Source of the DNA: Methanobacteriota archaeon
GTDB taxonomy: Archaea; Thermoplasmatota; Poseidoniia; Poseidoniales; Poseidoniaceae
Assembly (NCBI GenBank): GCA_018691345.1
Contig: JABGTJ010000012.1
Location: 1 to 61,299, forward strand
Reading direction: 5' to 3'
Length of the DNA: 61,299 nt
A model generated the notes under the pieces. It searched no databases, was not told the DNA's origin, and saw only the letters and a program-made list of their open reading frames with translations. Position 1 is the stretch's first letter, and each line of letters opens with the position of its first letter. Shown here piece by piece: positions 55,777 through 61,299 of the stretch. Both the position numbers and the translations under genes were made by a program.

Positions 55777-56070
55777 ATGGCTGCACATTTCGATAATACT
55801 TACGAACTCAGTCCTGAGCAACTTGAACAACTTGACCAAGCCGAAGAAATGATGCTTCGTAATGACCTTGGTGCTGCGGAGCGGCTTTTGCTCTCAATGC
55901 TTGAGGCAGACGGTGAGTGCATACCAGTTCTGTCCAATCTCGGTCATCTTTACGGGCGTCATCTCTCAGAGTTTGAGACTGCCATCGAATACTACGATCG
56001 TGTCCTTTCACTTGAACCAGACAACGCATGGGCAAGAGACGCACGACGACGTTATCTCCGTTACGTCTGA
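55777..56070 (+). CDS. Small TPR-repeat protein
   Basis: The 97 aa product contains LGHLYGRHLSEFETAIEYYDRVLSLEPDNAWA, which fits the TPR consensus. Confidence 0.65.
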   Translation: MAAHFDNTYELSPEQLEQLDQAEEMMLRNDLGAAERLLLSMLEADGECIPVLSNLGHLYGRHLSEFETAIEYYDRVLSLEPDNAWARDARRRYLRYV

Positions 56071-56120
56071 GCACGGCAAACTCGGCCAAAGTTCATTGAG
56101 GTTCGGCTGAATGCTTGTTC

Positions 56121-57038
56121 ATGGAAGCCTCCCAGATCCTCATCGCTGGCGTGGGCGGCTTAGGTTGTTCATGGGCGAAAGGTGCCCATTTGCGCTGCGA
56201 AGGGAACGCCGATCTTTGTTTGGTCGACGCTGATGATGCAAGTTTTACAGACAGCGGTTCTGCCCACCTGCTACGCCTTGGTCACGCACTTGACTCGGTT
56301 GGTTGTGCTGCACTTCCACCGCTTGCTGAGCAAAGGATGCGGGGGTACTCATCTCTCGCTCGAACCGTACTTGAGCCGGTTGAACTTGTTCTTCTGTTGA
56401 CTGGACTTGGTGGCGGAACCGGAACTGGGGCGGCGCATGAATTTGCCCGACAAGCACGCCAATCTGGAGCGATTGTTGTCGCCGTTGCCGCTCTTCCTTT
56501 TGATGTTCAAGAAACCCGTGCAGAAATCGCTCAAGAAGGTCTCCAAAGACTGGAAAATATTGCCCATGTGACGGTTCGACTCTCTTTAGAACGGCTGGCA
56601 CGCCAAGCGCGTGAGCGAGGTAAAGCATGGCAAATGGGCGCCGAATGGGTTGAAGACTTAGTCGAAGGTTTGGTTCGAACTTTAATGCGTATGGGCCTCA
56701 TTAATCTTGACCTCATGGACTTGAGAGCGATTGTGGAAAAGGAAGGTGAAGCGACGCTTTTGGTTGGCACCGGCCGACCAGACGACCCAGAGGGGATTCT
56801 GCATTCTGCTCTCATGGCACCCCTTGCTGAACTGGATGTTGGAGGTGCCCAAGGATGTTTGATACAAGTTGAGGGTGGTATTGGTATGACCATAGGGCAA
56901 GTGGATGAAGTTGCTAATATGTTCACTGAAGCGTTGGATCCGAATGCACAAGTTATCCTCGGGGCTCGAGTCAGCGAAGATTTAGAGGATACAATACGAG
57001 TGGTTACACTGTTGTCAGGTATTCGCGGCGAGTCTTAG
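56121..57038 (+). CDS. Compact, divergent FtsZ/tubulin-superfamily GTPase paralog
   Basis: Tubulin signature GLGGGTGTGA, IAGVGGLGCSWA (T1-like), ALPFDVQETR, the T7 motif NLDLMD, and a C-terminal domain (GAQGCLIQVEGG...VVTLLSGI). It lacks the GLGAG T3 motif and any C-terminal linker or tail. The start is set at the ATG at 56121. Confidence 0.75.
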   Translation: MEASQILIAGVGGLGCSWAKGAHLRCEGNADLCLVDADDASFTDSGSAHLLRLGHALDSVGCAALPPLAEQRMRGYSSLARTVLEPVELVLLLTGLGGGTGTGAAHEFARQARQSGAIVVAVAALPFDVQETRAEIAQEGLQRLENIAHVTVRLSLERLARQARERGKAWQMGAEWVEDLVEGLVRTLMRMGLINLDLMDLRAIVEKEGEATLLVGTGRPDDPEGILHSALMAPLAELDVGGAQGCLIQVEGGIGMTIGQVDEVANMFTEALDPNAQVILGARVSEDLEDTIRVVTLLSGIRGES

Positions 57039-58396
57039 TCGTCCATTTCGATGACTTCAGTCCATTCGACGTCCTCGCCGATGGAATTGCCAACTTCGCC
57101 GCTCCATTGCACATCTTCGTCCTCTTGCCATACATCCTCGTTCTCGTCTGTTCGTGTAGGCGGTTCTTCATTGGACTGTTTGGAGGATTCGATTTTTGCT
57201 GCATGCGCTTCAATACGCCGTTGTACTGTGACGTCAATATCGTGTTTTGACAGCACCTTGACGAGAATACTTCTTTGCATCCACGTAATGGTGATGAACG
57301 CAATGATGTGCCCGATTACCATGACGTAGGTGATGTCGTCCAGCGCCGTTGCCAACATAGCAACACTGCCTGCGTACGCATATCCGAAAGCTAGGCCCCA
57401 AGGTAGGGCGTTTTCAGTCGAGAGAAGTTTGAATTTCGGGCCAATGGATTGCGAGGTAAGGGTCCAAATCGCCATGAATACGGTGAACATCATTAACAGA
57501 ACTTCTTCGACAAAAATCTCGATGGTTTGTTGAGACATCACCAGTTGACGCCATACGGTGAGGAGGTGCCATGTGGCAAAGATGTGTGCAAAAAGTGTCC
57601 ATCGTCGTGTGAACTTCTTCAATGCCTTGTCATGCATGGCCGTGCGCCGAGCGTCTCTTGTCCAAAATGCAGTTAATCCAAATGCTGTTGATGCAATAAC
57701 CAAAAACAAGATGTTGGAAACAATCGCATTGGTCAAGTCCCATTGTTTCTCATAGAGAAACTCAAAACCAATGATTCCTGCCAGAGACAACGTCAATATA
57801 ATGGTAAATTGAATTGCATTCATAATGGCTAAGTTTCCAGTCGTGGCTTGCTTATCCGGTAGATTTTTTGCTGAAAGCGAAGATGCCCATGAACTAAACG
57901 ACCGCCCTTGAGCGACCGCCCATAGCACGAACAATGAGGCGAGACTGATAGGGAATATGGCTGGAAGGTCAGTCGCTGAGTCTTTACTGAACAGAACCAT
58001 GATGAGAAGGCCAATGCCTACAGACGCCGCAAGTGGGAAGGCGCAGATTTTGATGCTGGATTTCAGTCGTTGAACGAGATTGAATTGAGATACCTCCGGT
58101 TCATTGGTAATGGTGATCCAAGAACGGACCCTCTCATTTGTCGAGAATATTGCAGTTAGGGCGTATCCTAAGGCGAGGGAGATGAACCCCAGCGCCGCGA
58201 TGTCTTCTCCACTGTTGGAGTTGGCTATGAAGTAGAGAACAGTGGAAAGAACCACAATCATGAGTAAATGAGGTAACGTCTTCGGTGAAAGCAGAGTTTT
58301 GACGAGTGCGAGCAGTGATGTCTCGTTCGATGCGAGTTCCCTCAAAATGTCTTCTGAAGGGTTGGTGTTATGCACAGCACTTGGCTCCCCCTCCAT
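57035..58396 (-). CDS. Multi-pass membrane protein with an acidic C-terminal tail, function unknown
   Basis: 453 aa with about 10 hydrophobic helices and a C-terminus rich in Asp/Glu/Trp. It is convergent with the FtsZ-like gene and overlaps it by 4 nt. Confidence 0.55.
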   Translation of the reverse strand: MEGEPSAVHNTNPSEDILRELASNETSLLALVKTLLSPKTLPHLLMIVVLSTVLYFIANSNSGEDIAALGFISLALGYALTAIFSTNERVRSWITITNEPEVSQFNLVQRLKSSIKICAFPLAASVGIGLLIMVLFSKDSATDLPAIFPISLASLFVLWAVAQGRSFSSWASSLSAKNLPDKQATTGNLAIMNAIQFTIILTLSLAGIIGFEFLYEKQWDLTNAIVSNILFLVIASTAFGLTAFWTRDARRTAMHDKALKKFTRRWTLFAHIFATWHLLTVWRQLVMSQQTIEIFVEEVLLMMFTVFMAIWTLTSQSIGPKFKLLSTENALPWGLAFGYAYAGSVAMLATALDDITYVMVIGHIIAFITITWMQRSILVKVLSKHDIDVTVQRRIEAHAAKIESSKQSNEEPPTRTDENEDVWQEDEDVQWSGEVGNSIGEDVEWTEVIEMDD

Positions 58397-58480
58397 GGTG
58401 TATCCTCCAGTTTCTCTATTTTCATACTATGCACGTTTTCAACATCAAAGGTATTGAAGGTGGTGCGTCTCCAGTCAATT

Positions 58481-58867
58481 ATGGCTAAGCGCTTGTCCAA
58501 AGCATTGCGCGGCAAACGGCGATGGGTGGGGGTTGTATGCTCGGCTCAGTTTGAGGATCGTTCATCGTTACAAGTTCACATGGAGTCACTTTGGGCTTCG
58601 ATTGGTATCGAGTCAAACATTCGCTTAATGGATTTTTATCCGGCTTCATCGCCCGAAGTTGAACAGATCTCAAAAACACTTGGCGTTTCTCAATCCCAAG
58701 GTTATGCTGTTTTACAAGTCCCTCATCCCTCGTTTAATCGACTGCGGACATGCATCGGAGATGAAGAGTCGTTGGACTTGAACTTGCTTTGCAGTTGCAC
58801 GAGCAGTGGAAAAATCAGGCTGGTGCGTGAACGCATGGGTATGCCGAAGCCATCGAGAAAACGGTGA
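58481..58867 (+). CDS. rnp2: RNase P protein component 2 (Pop5/Rpp14 family), tentative
   Basis: 128 aa. The N-terminal ALRGKRRWVGVV resembles the archaeal Pop5 block LR.K.RYIAF. The C-terminal TSSGKIRLVRERMG resembles VSGTIKRLKRKF. The start is set at the ATG at 58481. Confidence 0.55.
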   Translation: MAKRLSKALRGKRRWVGVVCSAQFEDRSSLQVHMESLWASIGIESNIRLMDFYPASSPEVEQISKTLGVSQSQGYAVLQVPHPSFNRLRTCIGDEESLDLNLLCSCTSSGKIRLVRERMGMPKPSRKR

Positions 58868-58906
58868 CACCACCACATTCATTTGTTTACGCTCCCACGC
58901 TTGGCC

Positions 58907-59407
58907 ATGGCTGGAGGGGGTGCTGCACCTGCAATGAAGATGAGTGATTTGTTCATTCTTCTCGGCGTGACCTTCTTGATTGGTGGATTATTCATCCACG
59001 GTCTAGCATCTTCTGAAACGGTTTCTGAAGAAAGCGAACCGTACTCGAACGGAGCCTCATTGTTGAAGGGTGATTCGTTGGAATTTACAATTGACGCAAC
59101 CAACGAATCCACAGTCGTCATCGAAATAATGTTCGATGACCAAGAGACCGTTTTCACCGAATCGATGGTCCTTGCACCGGGCAACTCGGACTCGGCAAGC
59201 TTTGAGGCCTCAGAAAGCGGATACTACACCTATACTGTTGATTTTACGAAAGGTGAAGGTGAAGTCTTCGTCGATCTTGACCGTCAACTTTTGATTGATT
59301 TCATCGTCTATCCATTCGGAGCGATTTGTCTCGTTTTTGGATTGTACAAGAGAAAGGATGAAAAAATGGGTGAGTCGGTTGATGCAGTCCTCGAAGATAT
59401 CAACTAA
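58907..59407 (+). CDS. Small membrane protein with an extracytoplasmic beta-rich domain (hypothetical)
   Basis: N-terminal TM (LFILLGVTFLIGGLFIHG), a Ser/Glu/Thr-rich middle region and a second TM (FIVYPFGAICLVFGLY). The start is uncertain. Confidence 0.4.
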   Translation: MAGGGAAPAMKMSDLFILLGVTFLIGGLFIHGLASSETVSEESEPYSNGASLLKGDSLEFTIDATNESTVVIEIMFDDQETVFTESMVLAPGNSDSASFEASESGYYTYTVDFTKGEGEVFVDLDRQLLIDFIVYPFGAICLVFGLYKRKDEKMGESVDAVLEDIN

Positions 59408-60891
59408 TTCCGTCGATACTTTGTCCATCGAACGTCCTCGCCATCCTCGATTTGGTGGAAGCGCTGATTTTGGTCGACAAGTTGTATGTTTCCGTCGGGC
59501 TTGACGGAGTGAAACTGCATCATTATATTTCTATAGATTGGCTCTCCAAGGGATGGGGTGCTGGCTCGAAGGCTTGTTTCAAAAGCGGATATGACGTTGT
59601 CATTTCTTAGCGCTTCAATTCCCTCTTTGTCTTCGAGCCAGGAGGCCACCGATGCGTGGATTATCGGCAAGAATACTTCCGTCGATGCACGCTGTGATAG
59701 TTCATCCAATGCGGCCAATGAATACTCCTTTTTATGGTGGTTTTTACTTGAAATATTGCATCCAATGCCGAGTACGATACGGGTGGTTTTACCTTGGCTA
59801 CGGCTCTCGACCAATACGCCTCCAACTTTGCGTGTTTCTTCACCAATTCGAAGTAAAACATCGTTTGGCCACTTAAGGGCAACAAGTTCGGTTGAAATAT
59901 TCATTGCGATAATCGCCTGATGTAGAGCTAAACCAGCTCTCAATTGCAACTGATTTGGATTCGGAATACCTCGAATCTCATCGATGACCCAGGAGCCTGC
60001 AAACGCTTGTTCTTCATGCGACCAAGGGCGTCCACGCCTACCGTGGCCGGATGATTGAATGCCAGCATAGAGTAATGTCCCAACAGCATCGTCAGATTCC
60101 ATCAAGGCAGTGTTGGTTGATGCGATGCTCTCAACGAATGTGATGTTTTTTGCATGATAGGGTCTCCAAATGCCAAGCACTTCCAAGCATTCTCCATCAT
60201 CGAATCTTTTCGAGGCGACTGTTCGAATTGCAAACCCATTGGCCAAACACTCTGTACGGGCGCTTTTGCCCTTTTCGTTGTTTGAAATGAGTAGAAATAC
60301 CAATCCGTTTTCACTGAGGATTTTACTTGACTTGAGGTGCTTGAGGAGGCGCGAAACAAGACCTCTGCGATCCGTGTCTAGAAGTGCGGCCTCTTCCAAA
60401 GGCCCAAGCAGTGGAGATTGGTTATCATGAGCGAGATAGGGGAGGTTCCAAACGATGATGTCATGCTGTTTTCGTCCAGCCCACTGTTCGACAGTACCGT
60501 CTATGTTCGGTCCTGGACCTCCTTCTCGAACGTTGATTGTGACGCCGTTGGATACGGCAGCATGCCGGCTAGCAGCAACTGCGAAGGGATTGATGTCGCA
60601 TGCGGTCACAGTGAATCCAAGTTGCGCTGCAAAAATCGAAATTGCTCCTGAGCCACACCCAATTTCCAGCAAGCGTTTGGCGCCCGGCTTTGGTAGTTTG
60701 GCGATGGTTTGAGCCATGAGGTCCGTGTCTTCGCGAGGAGGGTAAACAGTTGGTGGGATGAGAAGCTCAATTTCTCGGCTCTGTGGTGTCATCCAAACGA
60801 CCTCTTTGGCCGTCCGTTCAAAGCGTCCAATTTCGTGTTCGGCATCCCTTGGGCCGAAGATTTCCTCGTTTCCCATTTGCCTCAATTTCAT
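59404..60891 (-). CDS. birA: Fusion of a HemK/PrmC-like class I SAM methyltransferase and biotin--protein ligase (BirA catalytic domain)
   Basis: N-terminal half: EIGCGSGAISIFAA (motif I) and WNLPY (NPPY-type motif IV). C-terminal half: GHGRRGRPW, LKWPNDVLL and GIGCN. It is a single 495 aa ORF. Confidence 0.8.
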   Translation of the reverse strand: MKLRQMGNEEIFGPRDAEHEIGRFERTAKEVVWMTPQSREIELLIPPTVYPPREDTDLMAQTIAKLPKPGAKRLLEIGCGSGAISIFAAQLGFTVTACDINPFAVAASRHAAVSNGVTINVREGGPGPNIDGTVEQWAGRKQHDIIVWNLPYLAHDNQSPLLGPLEEAALLDTDRRGLVSRLLKHLKSSKILSENGLVFLLISNNEKGKSARTECLANGFAIRTVASKRFDDGECLEVLGIWRPYHAKNITFVESIASTNTALMESDDAVGTLLYAGIQSSGHGRRGRPWSHEEQAFAGSWVIDEIRGIPNPNQLQLRAGLALHQAIIAMNISTELVALKWPNDVLLRIGEETRKVGGVLVESRSQGKTTRIVLGIGCNISSKNHHKKEYSLAALDELSQRASTEVFLPIIHASVASWLEDKEGIEALRNDNVISAFETSLRASTPSLGEPIYRNIMMQFHSVKPDGNIQLVDQNQRFHQIEDGEDVRWTKYRRN

Positions 60892-61079
60892 CCAGAATCA
60901 GACAGCATTTATGTCTATCCGAAGTTGTCAAATCGTGCAACACAGGCAGTAAACTTCATTTTTGATAGGTTTTCTCACGCACTGTTGGTACTGCGATGGG
61001 GCAACATTCGACGAAAGATGGTTTGCGTAACCTATAAGAACAGTTGGTAAGTCGGGCAAAAAGCCCAAGTCGCTATTTT

Positions 61080-61153
61080 GGGCCTGTAGCTCAGTCAGGT
61101 AGAGCGTCGGACTTTTAATCCGATGGTCGCGGGTTCGAACCCCGTCAGGCCCG
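61080..61153 (+). tRNA. tRNA-Lys (anticodon UUU), no encoded CCA
   Basis: Hand-folded 74 nt cloverleaf. Acceptor GGGCCTG/CAGGCCC plus G. D arm GCTC/GAGC. Anticodon stem TCGGA/TCCGA with loop CTTTTAA. T arm GCGGG-TTCGAAC-CCCGT. Confidence 0.92.
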
Positions 61154-61202
61154 CCTGCTGGGTTTACAGGCTCGGGTAGTTGGGCATGAGCGGGGTATGA
61201 GG

Positions 61203-61299
61203 ATGGTAGTAAAAAGCGCAACAAAGAAGCGACTCATGGAGCTTGGAGTTTCCGAAGAGTCCGCACACAAATTAGCAACTGATCGAAACATGACCGACA
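61203..61299 (+). CDS. 5' fragment of an unidentified CDS (runs off the window)
   Basis: An ATG at 61203 opens MVVKSATKKRLMELGVSEESAHKLATDRNMTD. It has a helix-hairpin-helix / SAP-like feel only, and is too short to assign. Confidence 0.3.
   Translation, partial: MVVKSATKKRLMELGVSEESAHKLATDRNMTD

Overview
This is a 61.3 kb chromosomal segment that looks archaeal. The evidence is an XPD/Rad3 helicase, an RNase P Pop5-like protein, two tRNAs with no encoded CCA, TATA-like boxes about 25-30 nt upstream of start codons, and split Rieske/cytochrome b genes. I infer a marine planktonic euryarchaeote (Marine Group II / Thermoplasmatota-like) but could not verify this. I call about 55 genes.

Main content:
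- A eukaryote-like class Ia ribonucleotide reductase pair.
- A lipA plus E1alpha, E1beta, E2 and E3 2-oxoacid dehydrogenase operon.
- Three very large C-terminally anchored surface proteins (985, 2997 and 1383 aa, about 26% of the window). They are rich in thrombospondin-type-3 calcium-binding repeats.
- XPD, an RHH regulator, glutamate dehydrogenase, a peroxiredoxin-like protein and SixA.
- An acyl-CoA carboxyltransferase with a biotin carrier, next to the methylmalonyl-CoA mutase B12 subunit and MeaB.
- An asnB / gshA-like / membrane protein / ferredoxin cluster.
- A Rieske/cytochrome b operon.
- A compact, divergent FtsZ/tubulin paralog.
- A methyltransferase-BirA fusion.
- tRNA-Leu(UAA) and tRNA-Lys(UUU).

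I saw no CRISPR array, transposase, integrase or rRNA.

The most unusual item is the Rieske/cyt b operon at 49712-55570. Its subunit-IV-like cytochrome b C-terminal domain is fused in one ORF to an extracytoplasmic insert and a cytoplasmic HdrD/GlcF-like module (two 4Fe-4S motifs and two CCG motifs). The operon opens with a secreted, C-terminally anchored protein in the position that CbsA occupies in Sulfolobus.

All family assignments come from motif recognition by eye. No database search or alignment was run.
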